Shown: positions 9,738 through 19,583, counted from the first letter of the stretch. The stretch is 64,000 nt of DNA from Bacillota bacterium (GCA_019428945.1 JAHYJM010000002.1:2107-66106); one strand, 5' to 3'. The notes: generated from the sequence alone by a model not told the origin. Translations and numbers: made by a program.

Positions 9738-9780
9738 TAGGAACGAGACATGAAATAATAGATGAAGAAGGTGCTACCGG

Positions 9781-10815
9781 ATGAAAATGTACCAACTTGA
9801 AACAGAAAATTCAGTAGGTCGCCTATTATGCCATGACATTACAAAAATTGAAAAAGGCGTCTTCAAGGGAGCCCTGTTTAAAAAGGGACACCGGATTCGA
9901 AGTGAAGATGTCGAAACACTGCTTAAACTCGGGAAAAACCACATTTACATTCTCGAACTTGAAAAGGGTGATCTACACGAAGATGAAGCAGGCAGGCGAC
10001 TTGCCAGCGCCCTTGCAGGACCCGGCCTTGAAATATCTGATCCATCTGAAGGCCGTCTCAACCTGGTAGCGAGTCATGCGGGTTTGCTTAAAGTGGATGC
10101 CCAGCGCCTATTTAAAATTAACAGTGTACCAGATGTGGTTATTGCAACTCTTCACAACAACTCCCCGGTAGAAGCGGGTGAAAAAGTTACAGGAGCGAAA
10201 GTTATCCCTCTTGTTGTCAGCGAAACAACAGTTCAGCAGGTTGAAGAAATATGCTCGACCGGTGAGCCATTAATTCAGATATTGCCATACCGACAGTTTA
10301 AGATTGGCGGACTTATTACCGGCAGGGAAGTTTTTGAAGGAAGAATCCGAGACGGTTTTGCACCGGTTCTGGCAGAAAAAGCAGCTCGCTATAACCTTGA
10401 TGATCCTTTAATTCGTTTCTGCACAGATGATGCTGAACTAATTGCCGCTTCAATAGTAAAGCTGATTGCTTCAGGATGCGACATGATTATTATTACCGGG
10501 GGCATGTCGGTCGATCCTGATGATGTAACACCAACGGGCATTAAAATAACCGGTGCAGAAATTATTAAATATGGTGCCCCGGCCCTGCCGGGAGCAATGT
10601 TTCTCCTTGCTTATAAAGGTAGTATACCGGTGCTCGGTCTACCTGCCTGCGCAATGTATTATCAGAATACTGTGCTAGATATTATTTTCCCCCGCCTACT
10701 TTCCGGTCAAAAGGTGAGCTCAGGCGATATAGCCGCCCTGGGTCACGGCGGACTATGCCGCCAGTGCGAAACTTGTGTGTTTCCAAACTGCTCATTTGGC
10801 AAGGGAGGATTTTAG
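9781..10815 (+). CDS. Molybdopterin-binding (MoCF-biosynthesis, MoeA/MogA-type) domain protein with a Cys-rich C-terminal tail.
   Basis: 344 aa. MIIITGGMSVDPDDVTPTGI matches the MoaB/MogA/MoeA domain-3 signature. The C-terminus reads CRQCETCVFPNCSFGKGG. The gene is first in the operon with modABC. Confidence 0.6.
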   Translation: MKMYQLETENSVGRLLCHDITKIEKGVFKGALFKKGHRIRSEDVETLLKLGKNHIYILELEKGDLHEDEAGRRLASALAGPGLEISDPSEGRLNLVASHAGLLKVDAQRLFKINSVPDVVIATLHNNSPVEAGEKVTGAKVIPLVVSETTVQQVEEICSTGEPLIQILPYRQFKIGGLITGREVFEGRIRDGFAPVLAEKAARYNLDDPLIRFCTDDAELIAASIVKLIASGCDMIIITGGMSVDPDDVTPTGIKITGAEIIKYGAPALPGAMFLLAYKGSIPVLGLPACAMYYQNTVLDIIFPRLLSGQKVSSGDIAALGHGGLCRQCETCVFPNCSFGKGGF

Positions 10816-10886
10816 AGAATTTCAAAGTTTTCTAATACAACTAAACAGTTAGCACTGCAACAAAACTTGACTAAGGAGATTCAAAC

Positions 10887-11675
10887 TTGAAAAGATTTCT
10901 ATATTACATAGTTTTTTTCATAGCGGCACTATACCTTCAGTCAGGTATGTACGGTTGCGCTAAGCCAGGTGATTTGATCACGATCAATGTTTCTGCCGCT
11001 GCCAGCCTAACCAATGCAATTACAGAAATAAATAAGCTATTCAAGGAAAACAACAACGATGTTGAAGTCCTGGCCCACTTTGCAGCCTCTGGCGACATTC
11101 AAACACAGATTGAAAACGGCGCGCCTATAGATGTTTTCATCTCTGCAGCAGCAAAACAGATGGATTCCCTTGATGCAAACGGTATGATCAAAACCGAAAC
11201 CCGCCGAAACTTATTGAGAAATAAAATTGTTTTGATTGTTCCCCGCAGCAGCAATTTGATTGTATCCGGTTTTGAAAGCCTGGTAAGTGACGAATTCAGA
11301 AGAATTTCCATCGGCGATCCGGATTTTGTACCAGCGGGCTACTACGCCCTCCAGACATTTGAGTTAACTGGAATTTCTTACGAAAAGATTCAATCAAAAT
11401 TATTATTGGCCGGCAATGTTATGCAGGTGCTTAGCTACGTAGAAAGTGGAGATGTTGACGCCGGAATTGTTTTCGCCTCGGATACAACTTCATCTGACGC
11501 AGTGAGAATTGTCGCAACTGCTCCAGACGAGATCAACAATAACATCATATATCCTATTGCTGTTATCGCTTCAAGTAAAAATATAGAGGTTTCAATCAGA
11601 TACATAGACTATTTGTATAGTGCAGCAGCCCGGGAGATTTTCGAAAAGCACGGATTCACTGTAATTACTGAGTAA
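10887..11675 (+). CDS. modA: Molybdate ABC transporter substrate-binding protein.
   Basis: 262 aa. There is a TTG start with an AAGGAG RBS and a signal peptide. ...VLAHFAASGDIQTQIENGAPIDVFISAA is a typical ModA sequence. Confidence 0.85.
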   Translation: MKRFLYYIVFFIAALYLQSGMYGCAKPGDLITINVSAAASLTNAITEINKLFKENNNDVEVLAHFAASGDIQTQIENGAPIDVFISAAAKQMDSLDANGMIKTETRRNLLRNKIVLIVPRSSNLIVSGFESLVSDEFRRISIGDPDFVPAGYYALQTFELTGISYEKIQSKLLLAGNVMQVLSYVESGDVDAGIVFASDTTSSDAVRIVATAPDEINNNIIYPIAVIASSKNIEVSIRYIDYLYSAAAREIFEKHGFTVITE

Positions 11676-11694
11676 TTCTTGGGAGATCAATGAT

Positions 11695-12390
11695 ATGCTT
11701 GAAACCTTTTTATCACCATTGTATGTATCACTAAAAACTGTCCTGACTGCTACAGTAATAACCTTTTTCCTCGGGTTGGCAGCAGCACGGTGGATGTCAG
11801 GCTACACAGGTAAACTTAAAAGTATTATTGACGGGATATTTCTGTTACCCCTGGTGCTGCCACCAACAGTGGTTGGGTTCGGGCTGCTTCTGCTCTTCGG
11901 CAAAAACGGCCCATTCGGCAAGATTTTAGAGTTACTGGGAACCACAATTATATTTTCATGGCCTGCAACAGTTATAGCTGCAGTAATTGTATCCTTTCCT
12001 CTCATGTATATGTCTGCCCGGGGGGGATTTGAACAGGTTGATATCAATATCGAAAATGCCGCCCGCACTCTTGGCGCCGGAGAATGGCGAATCTTTTGGA
12101 CCGTTACCCTGCCGCTTTCCTGGCCGTCAATAATGGCAGCAACCGTTTTAGCCTTTGCCAGAGCTTTGGGCGAATTCGGGGCCACTTTAATGCTCGCTGG
12201 AAATATACCGGGGAAAACCACAACAATACCGGTCGCTATCTATTTTAAAATCCAGGCCGGTCATATGGGTGAAGCGTTTCTTTTAACTTTAATTGTTCTT
12301 GCTTTTGCTTTTGTATCACTTGCTTTACTGGCTTACTGGAAGAATAAAGCAAATAACAAGGGAGAGGGTATCACTCTTGCTGGAAATTAA
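11695..12390 (+). CDS. modB: Molybdate ABC transporter permease.
   Basis: 231 aa with 5-6 TM helices and the ABC permease EAA loop ...ARALGEFGATLMLAGNIPGKTTT. Confidence 0.85.
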   Translation: MLETFLSPLYVSLKTVLTATVITFFLGLAAARWMSGYTGKLKSIIDGIFLLPLVLPPTVVGFGLLLLFGKNGPFGKILELLGTTIIFSWPATVIAAVIVSFPLMYMSARGGFEQVDINIENAARTLGAGEWRIFWTVTLPLSWPSIMAATVLAFARALGEFGATLMLAGNIPGKTTTIPVAIYFKIQAGHMGEAFLLTLIVLAFAFVSLALLAYWKNKANNKGEGITLAGN

Positions 12391-13459
12391 TATAAAAAAA
12401 ACTCTACCCGGTTTTCAGCTTGATATTGACCTCTCTGTCAATCGGGAGATTATATCGATGCTTGGTCCTTCAGGCTCAGGTAAAACGATGACTTTACTCA
12501 GTATCGCCGGTTTGTTAAAACCCGACCAGGGTATAATTTGCCTTAACGGATGCACTCTTTTCTCTTCGCAAGATAATATTTTTTTACCTCCCCAAAAGAG
12601 AAAGATTGGGTTTGTTTTTCAGAACTACGCCCTTTTTCCTCACATGACTGTCGCCGATAATATTGCCTACGGCATGCAGGGAAAACCGAAAGAACAAATT
12701 AAGAAACGTGTGGATGATCTTCTTGAAATAATCCATATCCCTGCGCTTAAAAACCGCTACCCTTTTGAGCTTTCATCAGGGCAGCAGCAAAGAGTGGCTT
12801 TGGCCAGGGCAATTGCTCCTGAACCTGAAGCGCTGCTCTTAGATGAACCTTTTTCCGCCCTTGATACCTTCCGCAAAGAACGTCTTGAATTCGAGCTGCT
12901 TACACTTCAACAATATTACCTGGGCGATATACTTTTTGTCACTCATGATCTCACCCAGGGGTTTAAACTTGGAACACGCCTGGCTATATATGACAACGGT
13001 CGCATCGTTCAGTGTGATAACCGCGAAGAGGTCATTTCTTCACCGGTTAATCGAACCGCGGCAAGACTAACGGGTGTTAAAAACCTCTTTGATGGCATTG
13101 TCACCGGTTCTGACAATCATAGTGCTATTATCTATATACCGGAATTCGGCACCTCGCTGAAAACAACAGATTACTCTGCTGCAAAGCTATATGTTGATCA
13201 GATGGTAGTATTGGGCATCAGGCCTGAACATATAGAAATTTTCGAAGAGCCTACTGAAAACACTATACCCTGTCGGGAAGGCCACCAGGTTGTCGGAGTA
13301 ACAAACATACACTACTATTACTATGCAGAAAGAGATAATAATAAAAGATATCATCTGGAAAGCTGCAGACCCAGGCCGCTGTTACCACCCTGTTTTGAGG
13401 CCGGAAAGCCATGTTATCTTTATTTCCCGCCGGAACGAATTATAACCCTGGTAAATTAA
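12377..13459 (+). CDS. modC: Molybdate ABC transporter ATP-binding protein with a C-terminal Mop/TOBE-like domain.
   Basis: Walker A is LGPSGSGKTM, the signature is LSSGQQQRVALARA, and Walker B is LLLDEPFSALD. The ORF track starts it at 12293, inside modB. An in-frame TTG at 12377 overlaps the modB stop and gives a typical coupled start. Confidence 0.8.
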   Translation: MLEINIKKTLPGFQLDIDLSVNREIISMLGPSGSGKTMTLLSIAGLLKPDQGIICLNGCTLFSSQDNIFLPPQKRKIGFVFQNYALFPHMTVADNIAYGMQGKPKEQIKKRVDDLLEIIHIPALKNRYPFELSSGQQQRVALARAIAPEPEALLLDEPFSALDTFRKERLEFELLTLQQYYLGDILFVTHDLTQGFKLGTRLAIYDNGRIVQCDNREEVISSPVNRTAARLTGVKNLFDGIVTGSDNHSAIIYIPEFGTSLKTTDYSAAKLYVDQMVVLGIRPEHIEIFEEPTENTIPCREGHQVVGVTNIHYYYYAERDNNKRYHLESCRPRPLLPPCFEAGKPCYLYFPPERIITLVN

Positions 13460-13555
13460 GTGCGGAAAATGCCTGGTAGGCGTGCCGTGTTCCACAAAAA
13501 TTCCTGCAAAGGATTTTGATTAACAAACCGGGAAGATAAAATGTATTATCCATTA

Positions 13556-13592
13556 AAAATGCCTCCCCTTATATTATAAGCGGAGGCATTTT
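13556..13592. terminator. Bidirectional rho-independent terminator between modC and the ABM gene.
   Basis: aaaatgcctcc-ccttatattataagc-ggaggcatttt. Confidence 0.65.
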
Positions 13593-13594
13593 AT

Positions 13595-14008
13595 CTAGAT
13601 AGTTTTTTTATTAACAGATTTTAATAAAGTAACCTGTGTAGGGCCTTCAACCGAATCTTTGACAGCTTCTTTAAATTCAAGATAGTGGTTGGTGTGCCGG
13701 TGCGTTTCTAATGCCTCGATACTGGTGTACTTTTCAAGGATATACAATTCTCCGGACTCCTCAAGCGGGATGTATGGTTCATACAGGAGGCATTCCTTTT
13801 CATTTTTACTGACCGCTTCAGCCATTTTTAGGCTTGCCTGTGCCACTTTCCCTTCCATACCCGGCTTAATTTTTAGCACTGCAACCAGAGCAATCACAAG
13901 ATCATCTCCCCGAATTAATTTGTTCTTAATTTCTCTCCAGGCAACACAAATTCCTGCCGTTGACATTATAGGTATAGCGGAGTATAATGAAACAAAAGAT
14001 TTAAACAA
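13595..14008 (-). CDS. Antibiotic-biosynthesis-monooxygenase (ABM) domain protein. The true start is probably the internal Met near 13966.
   Basis: LVIALVAVLKIKPGMEGKVAQASLKMAEAVSKNEKECLLYEPYIPLEESGELYILEKYTSIEALETHRHTNHYLEF is an ABM/Dabb ferredoxin-like fold signature. Confidence 0.6.
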   Translation of the reverse strand: MFKSFVSLYSAIPIMSTAGICVAWREIKNKLIRGDDLVIALVAVLKIKPGMEGKVAQASLKMAEAVSKNEKECLLYEPYIPLEESGELYILEKYTSIEALETHRHTNHYLEFKEAVKDSVEGPTQVTLLKSVNKKTI

Positions 14009-14050
14009 TTATTTTAAATACATATTTGAATATTATAACTAATTTGTACG

Positions 14051-16171
14051 TTGGAGACCACTATTATGTTCGACTTGGGTCAATTTGTGGTCAGGTATCG
14101 CAAAACTATCCTGATCTTTTATTTAATTATATTAGTACCTGCAGTAATAAGTTACCTGGCAACCGGAGTTAATTATGACCTCGCCTCATACATGCCGGAG
14201 AATATGAATTCGCGCCGGGGAGAAAAAATTCTCGAAGAGGAATTTGATTTATCCGGCCTGGGGCTTCTGATGGCCAGGGATAAAAAAAACCATGAAATCG
14301 AAACATTGATTGTCAGTTTGATCAATGTTGGAGGTGTGGATGATGTTAAGTGGCTCGGAGATTACTCAGATCTATATGTACCAATCCAATTTACTGATCC
14401 TTTAATCCAGGCGCGGTTTGCAACCGAAGATACAGTATTGTTACAGATCCAATTTAGCGGCAATGCCCGCGCTCCTGAAACAACTGCCGCAGTAAGATCA
14501 ATACAGGAGTTGATCAGAAATGATGAAAACCTCTATTTTGGCGGAGAACCGCCCATTCTTACTGAAATGCAATCAGCTATAGATGAAGAAATTTTAGTTT
14601 ATACCGCAATAGCAGTAGTAATGATTCTCTTTGTTCTGACAATCTCAACATCACTTTACCTGGATCCGATTCTTTTCCTGCTGGCCGTCGGTATCGCGAT
14701 TATAATTAATATGGGCAGTAATATCTTCAGGGGAGAAATTTCTTTTCTCACAGCATCGATTGCAGCGGTTATGCAGTTAGGCATCTCTCTTGACTATGCA
14801 ATTTTCCTGATGCATCGACTTGAAGAGGAAAAACCAAAGTTTAAAAATATCGAAGAGGCCATGATGTCCACGGTCAATAAAACTTCAACCACTGTTGCGT
14901 CTAGCGCATTAACCACGATAGGCGGTTTTGCCGCTCTTATGGCTATGCAAAACGGGATTGGCAGTGATATGGGGTTTGTGCTGGGCAAGGGGATTGTGAT
15001 CAGCCTGATCGTAACATTGACACTGCTACCGGGAATGATAATATTTATCTACCCCTTCAGCAGACGATTTAAACATCCTATTCTGCTTCCCTCTTTCGGG
15101 AAGATATCGAAATACCTGGTAAAATACCGCTGGTTATTTCTGGTCGTATTTTTAATTATTGCAGTGCCGTCTTACCTGGGACAACAAAAAGTTGACTATT
15201 ACTATTCAAATGAAAACTACCTGCCTCGTAACTCTAAGGCGGTAGCTGATACAAATAGAATAATGAGTGAGTACGGGGCGGTCGATATCGCCTATGTGAT
15301 TATTCCAGACCATGGACGACGGGAAGAACGCAAATTAGTGGATCTGTTGAATAAAATTACCTTTGTTGATTCTGTAGTCGCAGTGTCCGAACAGGTTGAC
15401 CAGGCCCTGCCGGAAATAATTATTCCTGAAGAACTGATTAGCGAGTTCAGTGGGGGCAATTACCGCAACATAATAGTTTTCCTGTCTCCCGGAATCAGCG
15501 AAACCGAGTCATTTCAAACCATAGATCTTATCCGGCAAGTTACTAATACTTTGAACGAGGAATTTTACGTTACCGGACCTACAGCCATGACCCGGGATAT
15601 GGCTGCCCTGTCTCGGATAGACGCCGGACGGGTTGCCCTTGTTTCTTTAGCTGCAATCGGATTAATAGTCGGCATCAGTCTTAAATCATTATCACTACCG
15701 GTTGTACTGGTTATGGCAGTTCAACTTGCGATATGGATTAATATAAGTATTCTCTACTACCAGGACCAGGCTGTCTCTTCACTGACTCCAATTATAATTG
15801 GAGCGATTCAGCTCGGGGCAACAGTTGATTATGCGATTTTATATACATTAAGGTACAGGGAAAACTTGGAACTGCTCCCCGGCAGACTGAAGGCGGCAGT
15901 AAAAACAATTGAGGATACCGGTCGTTCAATTCTGACCAGTGCATTAATACTTTTTGCAGCCACTTTCAGCATATCAGTTATAGCAGGGATTAAAACTACC
16001 CGTGAAATGACCATGCTGATAGGACGAGGCGCGATGATCAGCATGATCGTAATGTTTACATTGTTGCCGGCGCTTCTTATCGTCTGCGACAAACTAATCG
16101 GCCAGTCAACAATTAAATGGCCCAACATAAAATCAAAGATGAGTAACTCTCCGGAGGGATTAGATCGATGA
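14051..16171 (+). CDS. MMPL/RND-superfamily membrane transporter. The start is probably the second Met at 14066.
   Basis: 706 aa with two 6-TM bundles, each followed by an extracytoplasmic domain. GISLDYAIFLMHRLEEE is MMPL-like. There is a GGAGACC RBS 7 nt upstream of the ATG at 14066. Confidence 0.8.
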   Translation: METTIMFDLGQFVVRYRKTILIFYLIILVPAVISYLATGVNYDLASYMPENMNSRRGEKILEEEFDLSGLGLLMARDKKNHEIETLIVSLINVGGVDDVKWLGDYSDLYVPIQFTDPLIQARFATEDTVLLQIQFSGNARAPETTAAVRSIQELIRNDENLYFGGEPPILTEMQSAIDEEILVYTAIAVVMILFVLTISTSLYLDPILFLLAVGIAIIINMGSNIFRGEISFLTASIAAVMQLGISLDYAIFLMHRLEEEKPKFKNIEEAMMSTVNKTSTTVASSALTTIGGFAALMAMQNGIGSDMGFVLGKGIVISLIVTLTLLPGMIIFIYPFSRRFKHPILLPSFGKISKYLVKYRWLFLVVFLIIAVPSYLGQQKVDYYYSNENYLPRNSKAVADTNRIMSEYGAVDIAYVIIPDHGRREERKLVDLLNKITFVDSVVAVSEQVDQALPEIIIPEELISEFSGGNYRNIIVFLSPGISETESFQTIDLIRQVTNTLNEEFYVTGPTAMTRDMAALSRIDAGRVALVSLAAIGLIVGISLKSLSLPVVLVMAVQLAIWINISILYYQDQAVSSLTPIIIGAIQLGATVDYAILYTLRYRENLELLPGRLKAAVKTIEDTGRSILTSALILFAATFSISVIAGIKTTREMTMLIGRGAMISMIVMFTLLPALLIVCDKLIGQSTIKWPNIKSKMSNSPEGLDR

Positions 16172-18108
16172 AAAATAAAATCTACTATTCAATAGCGATA
16201 ATAATAACTGTGATGTTTGCGCTGGGATCTGCAGCTTATTCAGTAGTTCCTGATCAGGGCGCTTCTCAGGAGGGTAGTTACAGACCCGCTTTTCTCGCAG
16301 AAAATGTTTTACCTGAAAATCCCAATGAAGATGAAAGCCCGGCAGTAAAAAATGAAACTGTATACGTTTTGCTTGATCATTATGGTGCAGTACTTGATCA
16401 GAGAATAGTTAACCGGATTTACGGACAGGAGATACCCGGGGCAGATTCAGTTTTCGATTACGGAGTTTATACATCCGTTGAAAATATGATTACCGGAGAT
16501 GAACCTGCTATAATTGATAACAGGATCATATGGGATAGTCAGCTGCTTAAAAATGAAGATATCTACTATGAGGGGACAATTAAACAGCAGCTGCCGGTAG
16601 ATATAACAATCACTTATTATCTAGACGGCATAGAGATCGAACCGGAAAACCTTGCCGGCAAATCAGGAAGACTCGAATTATTAATTAAATTTAAGAACAA
16701 CCTGAGCTATAATGAACCGCTAAGTTATTATGATTATGAAGGCAACCTGGTGACAAAACAAGATGATAACTACGTCCCACTTCTTGTGCAGGGAACCCTT
16801 GATGCAGATCTGAACCTATATTCCGAAATTGATCCCGGAAATGGCATGAGCCTGATAATGGGTCAGACAGCAAGCATAAATTTCATGGTTTTTCCTTACC
16901 CCGAAGATGAGATCATAATCAGCATGGATGGAATAGATATAGAACTTGAGAGAATAACTTTTATGATTATTCCTCAAATGCCGGCAGTGCCGGATGTGGA
17001 TATTGAAGATATGCTCATTCAAATGCTTGAAGGGATAAGGATGTTCAGTGAAGGGTTAGGGGAACTTTCAGCAGGAGCAGATCGTATCTTGCAGGGATTG
17101 ATTAGATTTAATGATGAAAGCAAACGCATGACTTCTGGTTTTGATGACCTCTACCCGGTTATAGAAGAATATAAGGCTCAGCGTGAAAATTTGCTGGGTA
17201 TGCTTGACTCAAGGGATATTGAAGAAATGCTGAACTCAATTGACAACCTGGAATTATTGCTTGCAGAAATTAAAAATATACCTGATGCCAGTGAACTGTC
17301 TTCTGAACTTAACCAGGCTGCAGCGGAAACAGAAGAACTGGGGATACAGCTGAATGAACTTAACCAAATATTTTCCGGGCTGGAAAAATCATCACGTCAG
17401 ATATATGTTGAAGCAGAAAAACTAATAAAAGAGAATGAGCCAGGCACTCCACTTCATGAATTAGGCCTCTTGTTAATAGTCCGTGAAGAAGAATTGCAGA
17501 GTGCATCCTATCAGAATTACCTGGCCGGGCAAAGTTTCTCTGCTCTGGAGAATAACCTCGATTCATTCCAGCAAAACTGGCTGAATAATTATATGCCGGG
17601 GTTAAACGCACTGGAAGAACTGAACGTCTTGTTAAAGGCTGGCGACATTCCCGACCGAATTAAGAGTTTCCGGCAAGAAATATCAAAGCTCAATGAATAT
17701 CTTGAAATGGCAGACCAATTTATTATTGAATCAGACTCAATGCTGGCCGAAATTGAAATGCTTCCGGAAGCCTTAGATCAAATGGAAGCAGGACAAAAAC
17801 GTTTAACTGACGGTATTAATGCCCTGCGTTCAGAAGGTTTAAAAGCGATGGAGGAAGGATTAATAGAAGGGATTAATGAATCCAGGGCAGGAAAGGCAAA
17901 AATTGAATTGATGAAAAAACTGGCGGATGATTACCGCTCATATGCTGATAATGAACATAACCGGTCAAGTGAAGTCCGCTTTATTATCCAAACTCCCAGG
18001 ATAGAAATTGTAAATATTGACAGTCCCGTTAGTGTGGATAATAATCAAGATTCCTCCGAAAGATGGACAGAAAATATTTTGGCAAAATTTGTTAATCTAT
18101 TCCAATAA
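16168..18108 (+). CDS. Membrane-anchored extracytoplasmic protein with a long coiled-coil, of unknown function. It is the partner of the MMPL transporter.
   Basis: 646 aa. The ATG overlaps the stop of the MMPL gene (ATGA). It has a single N-terminal TM (IYYSIAIIITVMFALGSAAY), a beta-rich middle region, then about 300 aa of helical repeats (LSAGADRILQGLIRFNDES..., LNELNQIFSGLEKSS...) reminiscent of YhgE/Pip/EsaA-type repeats. Confidence 0.5.
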   Translation: MKNKIYYSIAIIITVMFALGSAAYSVVPDQGASQEGSYRPAFLAENVLPENPNEDESPAVKNETVYVLLDHYGAVLDQRIVNRIYGQEIPGADSVFDYGVYTSVENMITGDEPAIIDNRIIWDSQLLKNEDIYYEGTIKQQLPVDITITYYLDGIEIEPENLAGKSGRLELLIKFKNNLSYNEPLSYYDYEGNLVTKQDDNYVPLLVQGTLDADLNLYSEIDPGNGMSLIMGQTASINFMVFPYPEDEIIISMDGIDIELERITFMIIPQMPAVPDVDIEDMLIQMLEGIRMFSEGLGELSAGADRILQGLIRFNDESKRMTSGFDDLYPVIEEYKAQRENLLGMLDSRDIEEMLNSIDNLELLLAEIKNIPDASELSSELNQAAAETEELGIQLNELNQIFSGLEKSSRQIYVEAEKLIKENEPGTPLHELGLLLIVREEELQSASYQNYLAGQSFSALENNLDSFQQNWLNNYMPGLNALEELNVLLKAGDIPDRIKSFRQEISKLNEYLEMADQFIIESDSMLAEIEMLPEALDQMEAGQKRLTDGINALRSEGLKAMEEGLIEGINESRAGKAKIELMKKLADDYRSYADNEHNRSSEVRFIIQTPRIEIVNIDSPVSVDNNQDSSERWTENILAKFVNLFQ

Positions 18109-18123
18109 GCGAGGCGATTTCTA

Positions 18124-18705
18124 ATGGCCACTGACAGAAATGAGACCAAAACCAAAATACTGGAAACTGCAGCGGGAATAATCGGAAAAGAACGTAATCT
18201 GAACCTGACTATCAGGGAAATTGCCACCAGGGCAGACGTTAACATAGCTTCAGTCAACTATCATTTTGGCTCGAAGGAAAAACTGCTTGAAGAAGTTGAA
18301 ATGCTGCTCATAGAAAAAATCCGTCATATCTATACCAATATTCACAATTATGACCAATCAACAAGAGAAAGATTGATCAACTGGGCAGACAGCCTGATTA
18401 AGCACCTGATTGATTACCCTGGTATTATTTATCTTATAGGAACACAGGTTTTGGAAAAAGAGAATACGGGCCTTAGCATCTATTTACATCTTCTCGAAAC
18501 AGATATCAAACCGCTAGTAAAAAAGCTAACCGGCGATACAGATGAAACTGCAGTCAGTTATAAAGTATTACAACTGATATCGGGCATTGTATATCCTGTA
18601 TTGATCTATTCCAGCAACAATGAAACAGCCGTTATAAACATCGGTGACACAGTTATCCGAGGAAAATATGTAACATCGCTAGTCAACAGCATCGAAAAAG
18701 GTTAG
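18124..18705 (+). CDS. TetR/AcrR family transcriptional regulator.
   Basis: 193 aa. The N-terminal HTH is KILETAAGIIGKERNLNLTIREIATRADVNIASVNYHFGSKEKLL. Confidence 0.85.
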   Translation: MATDRNETKTKILETAAGIIGKERNLNLTIREIATRADVNIASVNYHFGSKEKLLEEVEMLLIEKIRHIYTNIHNYDQSTRERLINWADSLIKHLIDYPGIIYLIGTQVLEKENTGLSIYLHLLETDIKPLVKKLTGDTDETAVSYKVLQLISGIVYPVLIYSSNNETAVINIGDTVIRGKYVTSLVNSIEKG

Positions 18706-18706
18706 C

Positions 18707-19483
18707 CTAGACACCCATAATGTGATAGCCACCATCGGCAAAAATAACATTACCGGTGACAGCAGTTGAGAGATCGCTCAGAAGAAAGAGAGCAGAGCCT
18801 GCTACTTCTTCAGCAGGAACCAGGCGGCGCAATGGATTTTTTTGTTCCATACCATCAAGCATCCTGTTAAAATCACTGACACCTTTAGCCGATACTGTAC
18901 GAATTGGCCCTGCAGATACGGCGTTAACGCGGATTCCCAGTGGGCCAAGATCATTGGCCAGGTAACGTACGGAAGCTTCCAATGAAGCCTTTGCCACTCC
19001 CATTACGTTATAGTTGGTTACCACACGCTGAGAGCCCATGAAAGTTAATGTTATGATGCTCCCTCCCTCACTAAACATCGGGTAAAGCCTTTTAGTAACT
19101 GCAACCAGGGAATACGCGCTGATTTCCTGGGCCAGTAGAAATCCTTCACGAGAAGTATGGACAAACATTCCTGTCAATTCTTCTTTCTTAGCGAAGGCAA
19201 GACTGTGAACTAAACCATCAAGCCTGGTCCAATTATTACCCAGAAACTTCGCCAATTCATCTATTTCAGCATCATTGCCCACATCACATTGAATAAGAGG
19301 CGCTCCGGGTTCAAGATCTTCTGCCATCTTCCCAACCTTATCTTTAAAACGTTCACTCTGATATGTAAAAGCCAGGTTGGCGCCGGCTTTTTTTAAAGAA
19401 ACTGCGATCGCCCAGGCAATGCTGCGCTTGTTTGCCACTCCCATCACCAGGACATTTTTACCTTCAAGTAATTGCTCTGCCAT
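18707..19483 (-). CDS. fabI: Enoyl-[acyl-carrier-protein] reductase (NADH).
   Basis: 258 aa. LEGKNVLVMGVANKRSIAWAIA... is a classic FabI sequence, and the Tyr/Lys catalytic region is present. Confidence 0.85.
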   Translation of the reverse strand: MAEQLLEGKNVLVMGVANKRSIAWAIAVSLKKAGANLAFTYQSERFKDKVGKMAEDLEPGAPLIQCDVGNDAEIDELAKFLGNNWTRLDGLVHSLAFAKKEELTGMFVHTSREGFLLAQEISAYSLVAVTKRLYPMFSEGGSIITLTFMGSQRVVTNYNVMGVAKASLEASVRYLANDLGPLGIRVNAVSAGPIRTVSAKGVSDFNRMLDGMEQKNPLRRLVPAEEVAGSALFLLSDLSTAVTGNVIFADGGYHIMGV

Positions 19484-19583
19484 GATCTATTCAATTCCTT
19501 TCATTTAATTCTGTAATACAATTTGACGAACCAGAGAAATATTTCCCTGACCATTAACTTTAGAATGATATATTTTTATGATA

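Noticed and set aside
9674-9780. A Moco riboswitch call for the mod leader.
   Set aside because: I cannot verify the conserved Moco-motif nucleotides by eye. I kept it only as an alternative within the ModE-like operator finding and did not list it as an ncRNA feature.
12293-12376. The ORF-track start of modC at 12293, inside modB.
   Set aside because: That start adds about 28 residues (MFLLLLLYHLLYWLTGRIKQITRERVSL) lying entirely within the modB coding region. An in-frame TTG at 12377 overlapping the modB stop gives the canonical coupled arrangement.
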